Assembly: GCA_052327205.1 (NCBI GenBank)
Contig: JBMRGM010000040.1
Span: forward strand, 48,732,001-48,796,000
Reading direction: 5' to 3'
Length of the DNA stretch: 64,000 nucleotides
Origin: Somniosus microcephalus
Taxonomy: Eukaryota
In this document: positions 10,600 through 22,600 of the stretch, piece after piece
Layout: the number at the start of each line of letters is the position of its first letter
How positions within the stretch are numbered: position 1 is the stretch's first letter
Position numbers and translations under genes: made by a program
Notes under the pieces: model-generated
What the model was told of the DNA's origin: nothing
The model's database searches: none
What the model saw: the letters and a program-made list of their open reading frames with translations, nothing else

Positions 10600-13500
10600 A
10601 TAGGGTCCCCAAGAGATGTGGAAATATCTTCCCCGGGCTCCATCACCGGCTTGTTCTGGCTCCAGTGTCTCTAACTTACATCCAATTTTTCCTGTAGGCA
10701 AACGGAGGTTCCTGTACTTAGGAGGATCTGGACGGGCCCATCCCACCGTGGCTCAAAGGTACCTCGAACCCAAGGCGGAGCTTCTCAATTCCCCTTTGTC
10801 TTTTGGCATCATGTGCCTCCTGCAAGTGTTGAACCCGAAAGTGGTTGGCCTGATTGGCCACACGGATCAGGTATTGATATGTCAGGAGAGTTGTCTGTAA
10901 TTGGGAAGAGTCCCCAGTACCCTGAGAGGGTGCGTCTTGGGGTAACACCATAGCTCGTCCAGTCATTAGTTGGAAAAGGTTTAAGCCAGGGCGTTTGGCT
11001 GGTGGGGCTCGTATGCCCCAAAGAATGGTGGGGAGAACAGCGTGCCACCCCTTTCCGGTCTGTATAATGGCCTTAGTCACAGACTGTTTTATAGTACGGC
11101 TCATCCGTTCCACCATTCCTGAGGATTGCAGATGGTAAGGGTGTGGAACCGTTGTCGAACCCCCAGGAGGGCTAAAGCCTTTTTCATGGCCTTGCCGGTG
11201 AAGTGTGTTCCCTGGTTGGAATCTATCTGGTAAGGCACCCCCCATCCGGGAATGACTTCCATCGCTAGGATTTTCGTAGCTGCTACGGCTGTATTCCTCC
11301 TAGAGGGGAACGCCTCGAGCCAACGGGTAAGAATGTCGATGCCGCTGTGGGGTAAGGGGCACGCCCGGTGGTCCAGTGTCCCCTGGGCCGCCAGGCATGC
11401 CCCATACATACACACATGTGACAACCGAATCCCGTTTGGAGGCAAGGTAGATATAGGCGCCCATACGCGTGGATCTCTCTGGCCATGCTGGGCCACCTCC
11501 AGGTGTCAGCGAAAATGAAATATAACTTATGCCCTCCCAAATGCGCAGGCTCGTGATAAGATTGTATCAGGGCACGTGAAAGTGACGTAGGAAACATGTA
11601 CTTTGTCTCGTGATGCCAAAACCCACTTGGGTCTTTGTACGCTCCATCATGAAAGCAAAAATGTATATTCTCTGGGGACTCGGAAAGGTACGCGGTTAGG
11701 AGCGGATCGTTCGGTAAATCGTCAGCCAGGGAAGCCTCTTCATTTTGTACTGCTTCCTTAGGACTAACGGCCATCACAGGGAGAGCCAACGCGGCCCATC
11801 GGGTGGTGAAATTGGCGTGTCGGTTACCCTGGATTACTGGGTTCTACCCTGCCTGGTGGGCGCGAATCTTGACGACCACCCCCAGCGTGGGGCCATCCGT
11901 TGCCCGAAGGAATTCGGCGATCGCGGAAGTGTGTTTAATAGTGTTGCCGAAAGTAGTCAAATATCCCCGCCGCTGCCACAGGAGGGAGCAGTTGTGGACG
12001 ATGGAGTAGGCATACTGGCTCTCTGTATAGATATTGGCGGTTGTTCATTCAGCCAATTGAAGGGCTCTAGTGAGGGCAGTGATTTCCGCCAACTGGGCTC
12101 CTCCCATGCCCAGTGCCCCTTGGGTGAGGGTCTGTCCTGACGGGTCTCCTACTGCTCATCCAGTGACCCGTCGGCCCTCGTGTTAATAACTAGACCCAGC
12201 CACGTACATCTCTAGCCAGGCCTCAGCTATGGGTTCGGTTAGGACGGGTCCCTGACTGTCGCGATGTAAGATAGTGGTGCAGTCATGGGGGGTCCCTTCC
12301 TCGAATAGGAAGGATGCTGGATTCACTCCAGGGTCGGTTACCACCTCGACCCACAAACCCCCTACCCAATAAATAAGCCTCCCATCTCGCACACCTCTGG
12401 TTGGAAATAGTTTTCAGGCTGGGTGCAAGAGGTTTCACGAGGCTGTGGCGGGTATGAAGGATTACCTGCCTGGGACCGACCATGGACTCTATTGCTTCTA
12501 CTGCCCAGGCTGCACAATCAGTGGCCGCCAGGCACGGGGCCTGTCCTGTCATGGAGGATGGTACTGGGCACGAGTAATATCCTACCGGTCGCATTCGATC
12601 ATTCCGGGATTGTCCCACTACCGCTCTATACGCCCAATTCCCCAACCAATTCCACAGGTGGAATGGTTTCACTGTGTCTGGGAGACCCAGGGCAGGTGCG
12701 TTGGCGAAAGTGATTTGGACCATCTCAAAGGTTTCAACTGCCTCTGATGTCCAATTCAGCCTTGCCTCTCCCGGGGGCCCTCCCTTTAGGAGATCGTTTA
12801 GAGGGCTTGCCAATTTGGTGAAGTCAGATACATAGGTACGGCAAAAGTTAAACAATCCCATCACACTTCGCAGGCCAGAGGCAGTGATGGGTCGATGCAT
12901 CTGCAAGAGCGCTTGTACACTTTCGGGGGTCAGGGTCCTCCCCTCTGGGGAGTTGATCTGACCAAGGTAGGTAACCCGAGCAAGCCCAATTTGAGCTTTG
13001 ATCGGATTTAGTTTGAAAACCCCTAGAACTAAAGTCTCCAGGACACACGTCAGGGCGTCCAGATGAGCTGAGGGAGAGGGACTACCAATGAGAATGTCAC
13101 CAACAGCTTGAAGACAGACAGAATCTTGCATTCGGGTAACTGCCAAAGCTGATTGGAGAACCTTCTCCAGGCTCTCGTGAAAAATAATATGGGCATTGTG
13201 AAATCACTGAGGCAACCGGGTCCAAGTATATTGGGTGGATCGGACAGTGTAAGCGAAGGGCTCTTGGGAACCGGGATCCAAAGGACATGCCTAAATCCAT
13301 TTTGGATGTCCAGTGCCGTGAATATGGATAGGGCTGGGTGGAGGCCGTTTAAAATAGTGGCGGAATTCGCCACTAAGGCATGGAGCATGGCAGTGACCCG
13401 ATTCAGAGCCGTATAATTAATGGTCATTCTCCAGGATTCATCTGGTTTCTGCACTGGCCAAAACAGAGAGTTGGTATGGGAGTGGGTCTTTGTTACTATA

Positions 13501-13653
13501 CCGGTTGGTAATAAGTGTACGACTATAGACTCAACGGCTCATTCGGCTTCTGATCAGAGCGGGTGTTGTTGGTGGGCTTCGTGGTAGGGACCGTGGACTC
13601 TAACTGGGTCCATCTCCGGTCTACCACAGCCTAATTTGTGACTGGCCCATGTG
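10600..13653 (-). pseudogene. Retroviral pol pseudogene (RT, tether, RNase H, integrase)
   Basis: TWASHKLGCG; WPVQKPDESWRMTINY; FTALDIQNGF; LQAVGDILI (decayed LQYVDD); tether APALGLPD..RPVGYYS; RNase H MYVAGSS..IYTESQYA..KIRAH; integrase HEPAHLG, WLEAFP, IDSNQGTHF, QSSGMVERM. Confidence 0.93.
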
Positions 13654-16600
13654 AGAGAGTAAGTCTCACAAACTCACCCCCATGGTCCTTCCTCCGTCCA
13701 TGTGAGAGGGTAAGTCTCATAAAATCTCCCCAATGGTTCTTCCTGCCCCCATGTGAGAGTGTGTGTCTCACAAACTCTCCCCCATGGTCCTTCCTGCCCC
13801 CATGTGAGAGGGACAGTCTCACAAACTCTCCCCCATGTTCCTTCCTCCACCCATGTGAGAGGGTAAGTCTCATCAAATCTCCCCCGTGGTTCTTCCTGCC
13901 CCCATGTGAGAGGGTAAGGCTCACAAACTCTCACACATTGTCCTTCCTCCACCCATGTGAGAGGGTAAATCTCACAAACTCTACCCCATGGTCCTTCCTC
14001 CGCCCATGAGAGAGGGTAAGGCTCACAAACTCTCACACATTGTCCTTCCTCCACCCATGTGAGAGGGTAAATCTCACAAACTCTCCCCATGGTCCAGCCT
14101 CCGCCATGAGAGAGGGTATGTCTCACAAACACACCCATGGTCCTTCCTCCACCCATGTGAGAGGCTAAGCCTCACAAACGCTCCCCCATGGTCGTCCCCC
14201 GACCATGTGAGAGGGTAAATCTCGCAAACTCTACCCCATGGTCCTTCCTCCGCCCAAGTGAGAGGACAAGTCTCACAATCTTTCATCCTTGGTCCTTCCT
14301 CCGCCCATTTGAGAGGGTAATCTCACAAACACTCCCCATGGTCCTATCTCTGCCCATGTGAGAGGGTAAGCATCACCATCTCTCCCCCATGGTCCTTCCT
14401 CCGCCAATGTGAGAGGGTATGTCGCACAAAATCTCATCCATGGTCCTTCCTCCACCCATGTGAGAGGTTAGGCCTCACAAACTCTCCCCCATGGTCCTTC
14501 CACAGCCCGTGAGAGAGGGTAAGTCTCACAATTTCTCTCCATGGTCCTGCCTCCGCCCATGAGAGATGGCATGTCTCAAAAACACACCCATGGTCCTTCC
14601 TCCGCCCAGGTGAGAGGGTAAGCCTCACAAACTCTCCGCATGGTCCTTCCTCCCCCCTTGTGAGGGTAAGTCTCACAATCTCTCCCCCATGGTCTTCCTC
14701 TGCCCATGTGAGAGGGTAAGTCTCACAAACTCTCCCCCATGGTCTTCCTCTGCCCATGTGAGAGGGTAAGTCTCACAATCTATCCCCCATGGTCCTCCTC
14801 TGCCCATGTGAGAGGGTAAGCATCACCATCTCTCCCCCATGGTCCTTCCTCCGCAAAGTGAGAGTGTATGTCGCACAAAATCTCATCCATGGTCCTTCCT
14901 CCGCCCATGTGAGAGGGTAAGCATCACAAAATCTCCCCCATAGTCCTTCCTCACCTATGCGAGAGGATAAGTCTCGCAAACTGTCCCCCGTGGTCCTTCC
15001 TCCGCCCATGTGAGAGGGTAAGTCTCACAAACACTCCTCCATGGTCCTTCCTCCGCCCATGTGAGACGGTAAGTCTCACAAACTCTCCCATATGGTCCTT
15101 CCTCCGCCCATGTGAGAGGGTAATTCTCACAAACTCTCAAGCATGGTCCTTCCTCCGCCCATGTGATAGGGTAAGTCTCACAAACTCTCCCCCCTGGTCC
15201 TTCCTCTCCCCAATGGTCCTTCCTCCGCCCATGTGAGAGGATAAGTCTCACAAACTCTCCCCCATGGTCCTTCCTCCGTCCATGTGAGAGGGTAAGTCAC
15301 ACAAACTCTCCCCAATGGTCCTTCCTCCACCCATGTGAGAGGGTAAGTCACACAAACTCTCCCCCATGGTCCTTCCTCCACCCATGTGGAAGGTTAAGCC
15401 TCACAAACTGTCGCCCATGGTCCTTCCTCCACCCAAGTGAGAGGGTATATCTCAGACTCTCTCCACCATGGTCCTTCCTCCGCCCATGAAAGAGGGTGTG
15501 TCTCACAAACTTTCCCCCGTGGTCCTCCCTCCACCCATGCCAGATGGTAAGACTCACAAACTCCCCCCCATGGTCCTACCTCTCCCCATGTGAGAGGGTA
15601 AGTCTCACAAACTCTCCCCCATGGTCCTTCCTCTGCCCATCTGGGAGGGTAATTCTCACAAACTCTCCCCATGGTCCTTCCTCCGCCCATGTGAGAGGGT
15701 AAGTCTCACAAACTCTCCCACATGGTCCTTCCTCCGCCCATGTGAGAGGGAAAGTCTCACAAACTCTCCCCATGGGCCTTCCACCGCCCATGTGAAAGGG
15801 TAAGTCTCACAAACTCTGCCCAATGGACCTTCGTCCGCCATATGCCTCAGATATTCTCCCCATGATCCTTCCTCCCCCCATGTGAGAGGGTAAGTCTCAC
15901 AAACTATCCCCCATGGTCCTTCCTCCGCCCATGTGTGAGGGTAAGTCGCACAATCTCTCCGCCATGGTCCTTCCTCAACCCATGTGAGAGGGTAAGTCTC
16001 ACAAACTCTCCGCCATGGACCTTCCTCCCCCCAAGTGAGAGGGTAAGTCTCACAAACTCTCCCCCATGGTCCTTCCTCCGCCCATGTGAGAGGCTAAGTC
16101 TCACAAACTCTGCCCCATGGACCTTCGTCCACCCATGTGAGAGGCTAACTCACACAAACTCTCCCCCATGGTCCTTCCTCCGCCCATGTGATTGGGTAAG
16201 TCTCGCAAACTCTCCCACATGGTCCTTCCTCCGCCCATGTGAGAGGGAAAGTCTCACAAACTCTCCCCATGGGCCTTCCTCCGCCCATGTGAGAGGGTAA
16301 GTCTCGCCATCTCTCCCCCATTGTCCTTCCTCCACCCATGTGAGCGGGTCAGTCTCACAAACTCTCCCCCATGGTCCTTCCTCCGCCAATGTGAGAGGAT
16401 TAAGTCTCATAATCTCTCCCCCATTGTCCTTCCTCCGCCCATGTGAGAGGGTAAGTCTCACAAACTCACCCCATGGTCCTTACTCCGCCCATGTGAGAGG
16501 GTAAGCCTCACAGACTCACCCCAGGGTCCTTCCTCCGCCCATGTGAGAGGCTAAGTCTCAAAAAATCTCCAGCATGGTCCTTCCTCCCCCATGTGACAGG

Positions 16601-19600
16601 GTAAGTCTCACAAACTCTCCCCCATTGTCCTTCCTCCGCCCTTGTGAGAGGGTAAGTCTCACAAACTCTCCCCATGGTCCTTCCTCTGCCCATGTGAGAG
16701 GGTGAGTCTCATAAACTCTCCCGCACGGTCGTTCCTCTGCCGATGTGAGTGGGTAAGTCTCACAGACTCACCCATGGTCCTTCCTCTGCCCATGTGAGTG
16801 GGTCAGTCTCACAAACTCTCCACCATGGTCCTTCCTCTGCCCATGTGAGAGGGTAAGTCTCAAACACTCTCCCCCATGGTCCTTCCTCTGCCCATGTGAG
16901 AGGGTAAGTCTCACAAACACTCCCCCATGGTCCATCCTCCGCCCATGTGAGAGGGTAAGCCTCACAAACTCTCCACCATGGTCCTTCCTCCGCCCTTGTG
17001 AGAGGGTAAGCCTCAGAAACTCTCCTCCTTGGTCCATCCTCCTCCCATGTGAGAGGGTAAGTCTCACAAACTCTCCCCATGGTCCTTCCTCTGCCCATGT
17101 GAGAGGGTGAGTCTCACAAACACTCCCCCAAGATCCTTCCTCCGCCCATGTGAGAGGGTAAATCTCACAAACTCCCCCCATGGCCCTTCCTCTGCACATG
17201 TGAGTGGGTAAGTCTCAAAAACTCGCCCCCATGGTCCTTCCTCCGCCCATGTGAGAGCGTAAGTCTCACAAATTCCCCCCGTGTTCCTTCCTCTGACATT
17301 GTGAGAGGGTAAGTCTCACATCTCTCCCCCATGGTCCATCCTCCGCCCATGTGAGAGGGTAAGCCTCACATCTCTCCCCCATGGTCCATCCCCCGCCCAT
17401 GTGACAGGGTAAGTCTCACAAACTCTCCCGTATGTTCCTTCCTCCGCCCATGTGACAGGGAAAGTCTCAGAAACTCTCCCAGGTGGTCCTTCCTCCGCCG
17501 ATGAGAGAGGGTATGTCTCACAAACTCCCCCATGGTCCTTCCTCCGCCCATGTGAGAGAGTAAGTCTCACAAATTCTCCCCCGTGATCCTTCCTCCGAAT
17601 TTGGGAGAGGGTAAGTCTCACAAAATCTCCCTCATAGTCCATCCGCAGCCAATGTCAGAGGGTAAGTCCAGCAAACTCTCCCCCATTGTCCGTCCTCCAC
17701 CCATGTGAGAGGGTAAGTCTCGCCATCTCTCCCCCATTGTCCTTCCTCTGCCCATGTGAGAGGGTCAGTCTCACAAACTCTCCCCCATGGTCCTTCCTCC
17801 GCCAATGTGAGAGGTTTAAGTCTCATAATCTCGCCCCCATTGTCCTTCCTCCGCCCATGTGAGAGGGTAAGTCTCACAAACTCTCCCCCCTGGTCCTTCC
17901 TCTCCCCAATGGTCCTTCCTCCGCCCATGTGAGAGGATAAGTCTCACAAACTCTCCCCCATGGTCCTTCCTCCGTCCATGTGAGAGGGTAAGTCACACAA
18001 ACTCTCCCCAATGGTCCTTCCTCCACCCATGTGAGAGGGTAAGTCACACAAACTCTCCCCCATGGTCCTTCCTCCACCCATGTGGAAGGTTAAGCCTCAC
18101 AAACTGTCGCCCATGGTCCTTCCTCCACCCAAGTGAGAGGGTATATCTCAGACTCTCTCCACCATGGTCCTTCCTCCGCCCATGAAAGAGGGTGTGTCGC
18201 ACAAACTTTCCCCCGTGGTCCTCCCTCCACCCATGCCAGATGGTAAGACTCACAAACTCCCCCCCATGGTCCTACCTCTCCCCATGTGAGAGGGTAAGTC
18301 TCACAAACTCTCCCCCATGGTCCTTCCTCTGCCCATCTGGGAGGGTAATTCTCACAAACTCTCCCCATGGTCCTTCCTCCGCCCATGTGAGAGGGTAAGT
18401 CTCGCAAACTCTCCCACATGGTCCTTCCTCCGCCCATGTGAGAGGGAAAGTCTCACAAACTCTCCCCCATGGTCCTTACTCCGCCCATGTGAGAGGGTAA
18501 GCCTCACAGACTCACCCCAGGGTCCTTCCTCCGCCCATGTGAGAGGCTAAGTCTCACAAAATCTCCAGCATGGTCCTTCCTCCCCCATGTGACAGGGTAA
18601 GTCTCACAAACTCTCCCCCATTGTCCTTCCTCCGCCATTGTGAGAGGGTAAGTCTCACAAACTCTCCCCATGGTCCTTCCTCTGCCCATGTGAGAGGGTG
18701 AGTCTCATAAACTCTCCCGCACGGTCGTTCCTCTGCCGATGTGAGTGGGTAAGTCTCACAGACTCACCCATGGTCCTTCCTCTGCCCATGTGAGAGGGTA
18801 AGCCTCACAAACTCTCCACCATGGTCCTTCCTCTGCCCATGTGAGAGGGTAAGTCTCAAACACTCTCCCCCATGGTCCTTCCTCTGCCCATGTGAGAGGG
18901 TAAGTCTCACAAACACTCCCCCATGGTCCATCCTCCGCCCATGTGAGAGGGTAAGCCTCACAAACTCTCCACCATGGTCCTTCCTCCGCCCTTGTGAGAG
19001 GGTAAGCCTCAGAAACTCTCCTCCTTGGTCCATCCTCCTCCCATGTGAGAGGGTAAGTCTCACAAACTCTCCCCATGGTCCTTCCTCTGCCCATGTGAGA
19101 GGGTGAGTCTCACAAACACTCCCCCAAGATCCTTCCTCCGCCCATGTGAGAGGGTAAATCTCACAAACTCCCCCCATGGCCCTTCCTCTGCACATGTGAG
19201 TGGGTAAGTCTCAAAAACTCGCCCCCATGGTCCTTCCTCCGCCCATGTGAGAGCGTAAGTCTCACAAATTCCCCCCGTGTTCCTTCCTCTGACATTGTGA
19301 GAGGGTAAGTCTCACATCTCTCCCCCATGGTCCATCCTCCGCCCATGTGAGAGGGTAAGCCTCACATCTCTCCCCCATGGTCCATCCCCCACCCATGTGA
19401 CAGGGTAAGTCTCACAAACTCTCACGTATGTTCCTTCCTCCGCCCATGTGACAGGGAAAGTCTCAGAAACTCTCCCAGGTGGTCCTTCCTCCGCCGATGA
19501 GAGAGGGTATGTCTCACAAACTCCCCCATGGTCCTTCCTCCGCCCATGTGAGAGAGTAAGTCTCACAAATTCTCCCCCGTGATCCTTCCTCCGAATTTGG

Positions 19601-22600
19601 GAGAGGGTAAGTCTCACAAAATCTCCCTCATAGTCCATCCGCAGCCAATGTCAGAGGGTAAGTCCAGCAAACTCTCCCCCATTGTCCGTCCTCCACCCAT
19701 GTGAGAGGGTAAGTCTCGCCATCTCTCCCCCATTGTCCTTCCTCTGCCCATGTGAGAGGGTCAGTCTCACAAACTCTCCCCCATGGTCCTTCCTCCGCCA
19801 ATGTGAGAGGTTTAAGTCTCATAATCTCGCCCCCATTGTCCTTCCTCCGCCCATGTGAGAGGGTAAGTCTCACAAACTCTCCCCCCTGGTCCTTCCTCTC
19901 CCCAATGGTCCTTCCTCCGCCCATGTGAGAGGATAAGTCTCACAAACTCTCCCCCATGGTCCTTCCTCCGTCCATGTGAGAGGGTAAGTCACACAAACTC
20001 TCCCCAATGGTCCTTCCTCCACCCATGTGAGAGGGTAAGTCACACAAACTCTCCCCCATGGTCCTTCCTCCACCCATGTGGAAGGTTAAGCCTCACAAAC
20101 TGTCGCCCATGGTCCTTCCTCCACCCAAGTGAGAGGGTATATCTCAGACTCTCTCCACCATGGTCCTTCCTCCGCCCATGAAAGAGGGTGTGTCTCACAA
20201 ACTTTCCCCCGTGGTCCTCCCTCCACCCATGCCAGATGGTAAGACTCACAAACTCCCCCCCATGGTCCTACCTCTCCCCATGTGAGAGGGTAAGTCTCAC
20301 AAACTCTCCCCCATGGTCCTTCCTCTGCCCATCTGGGAGGGTAATTCTCACAAACTCTCCCCATGGTCCTTCCTCCGCCCATGTGAGAGGGTAAGTCTCG
20401 CAAACTCTCCCACATGGTCCTTCCTCCGCCCATGTGAGAGGGAAAGTCTCACAAACTCTCCCCATGGGCCTTCCACCGCCCATGTGAAAGGGTAAGTCTC
20501 ACAAACTCTGCCCAATGGACCTTCGTCCGCCCATATGCCTCAGATATTCTCCCCATGATCCTTCCTCCCCCCATGTGAGAGGGTAAGTCTCACAAACTAT
20601 CCCCCATGGTCCTTCCTCCGCCCATGTGTGAGGGTAAGTCGCACAATCTCTCCGCCATGGTCCTTCCTCAACCCATGTGAGAGGGTAAGTCTCACAAACT
20701 CTCCGCCATGGACCTTCCTCCCCCCAAGTGAGAGGGTAAGTCTCACAAACTCTCCCCCATGGTCCTTCCTCCGCCCATGTGAGAGGCTAAGTCTCACAAA
20801 CTCTGCCCCATGGACCTTCGTCCACCCATGTGAGAGGCTAACTCACACAAACTCTCCCCCATGGTCCTTCCTCCGCCCATGTGATTGGGTAAGTCTCGCA
20901 AACTCTCCCACATGGTCCTTCCTCCGCCCATGTGAGAGGGAAAGTCTCACAAACTCTCCCCATGGGCCTTCCTCCGCCCATGTGAGAGGGTAAGTCTCGC
21001 CATCTCTCCCCCACTGTCCTTCCTCCACCCATGTGAGCGGGTCAGTCTCACAAACTCTCCCCCATGGTCTTTCCTCCGCCAATGTGAGAGGTTTAAGTCT
21101 CATAATCTCTCCCCCATTGTCCTTCCTCCGCCCATGTGAGAGGGTAAGTCTCACAAACTCTCCCCCATGGTCCTTACTCCGCCCATGTGAGAGGGTAAGC
21201 CTCACAGACTCACCCCAGGGTCCTTCCTCCGCCCATGTGAGAGGCTAAGTCTCACAAAATCTCCAGCATGGTCCTTCCTCCCCCATGTGACAGGGTAAGT
21301 CTCACAAACTCTCCCCCATTGTCCTTCCTCCGCCCTTGTGAGAGGGTAAGTCTCACAAACTCTCCCCATGGTCCTTCCTCTGCCCATGTGAGAGGGTGAG
21401 TCTCATAAACTCTCCCGCACGGTCGTTCCTCTGCCGATGTGAGTGGGTAAGTCTCACAGACTCACCCATGGTCCTTCCTCTGCCCATGTGAGAGGGTAAG
21501 CCTCACAAACTCTCCACCATGGTCCTTCCTCTGCCCATGTGAGAGGGTAAGTCTCAAACACTCTCCCCCATGGTCCTTCCTCTGCCCATGTGAGAGGGTA
21601 AGTCTCACAAACACTCCCCCATGGTCCATCCTCCGCCCATGTGAGAGGGTAAGCCTCACAAACTCTCCACCATGGTCCTTCCTCCGCCCTTGTGAGAGGG
21701 TAAGCCTCAGAAACTCTCCTCCTTGGTCCATCCTCCTCCCATGTGAGAGGGTAAGTCTCACAAACTCTCCCCATGGTCCTTCCTCTGCCCATGTGAGAGG
21801 GTGAGTCTCACAAACACTCCCCCAAGATCCTTCCTCCGCCCATGTGAGAGGGTAAATCTCACAAACTCCCCCCATGGCCCTTCCTCTGCACATGTGAGTG
21901 GGTAAGTCTCAAAAACTCGCCCCCATGGTCCTTCCTCCGCCCATGTGAGAGCGTAAGTCTCACAAATTCCCCCCGTGTTCCTTCCTCTGACATTGTGAGA
22001 GGGTAAGTCTCACATCTCTCCCCCATGGTCCATCCTCCGCCCATGTGAGAGGGTAAGCCTCACATCTCTCCCCCATGGTCCATCCCCCGCCCATGTGACA
22101 GGGTAAGTCTCACAAACTCTCACGTATGTTCCTTCCTCCGCCCATGTGACAGGGAAAGTCTCAGAAACTCTCCCAGGTGGTCCTTCCTCCGCCGATGAGA
22201 GAGGGTATGTCTCACAAACTCCCCCATGGTCCTTCCTCCGCCCATGTGAGAGAGTAAGTCTCACAAATTCTCCCCCGTGATCCTTCCTCCGAATTTGGGA
22301 GAGGGTAAGTCTCACAAAATCTCCCTCATAGTCCATCCGCAGCCAATGTCAGAGGGTAAGTCCAGCAAACTCTCCCCCATTGTCCGTCCTCCACCCATGT
22401 GAGAGGGTAAGTCTCGCCATCTCTCCCCCATTGTCCTTCCTCTGCCCATGTGAGAGGGTCAGTCTCACAAACTCTCCCCCATGGTCCTTCCTCCGCCAAT
22501 GTGAGAGGTTTAAGTCTCATAATCTCGCCCCCATTGTCCTTCCTCCGCCCATGTGAGAGGGTAAGTCTCACAAACTCTCCCCCCTGGTCCTTCCTCTCCC

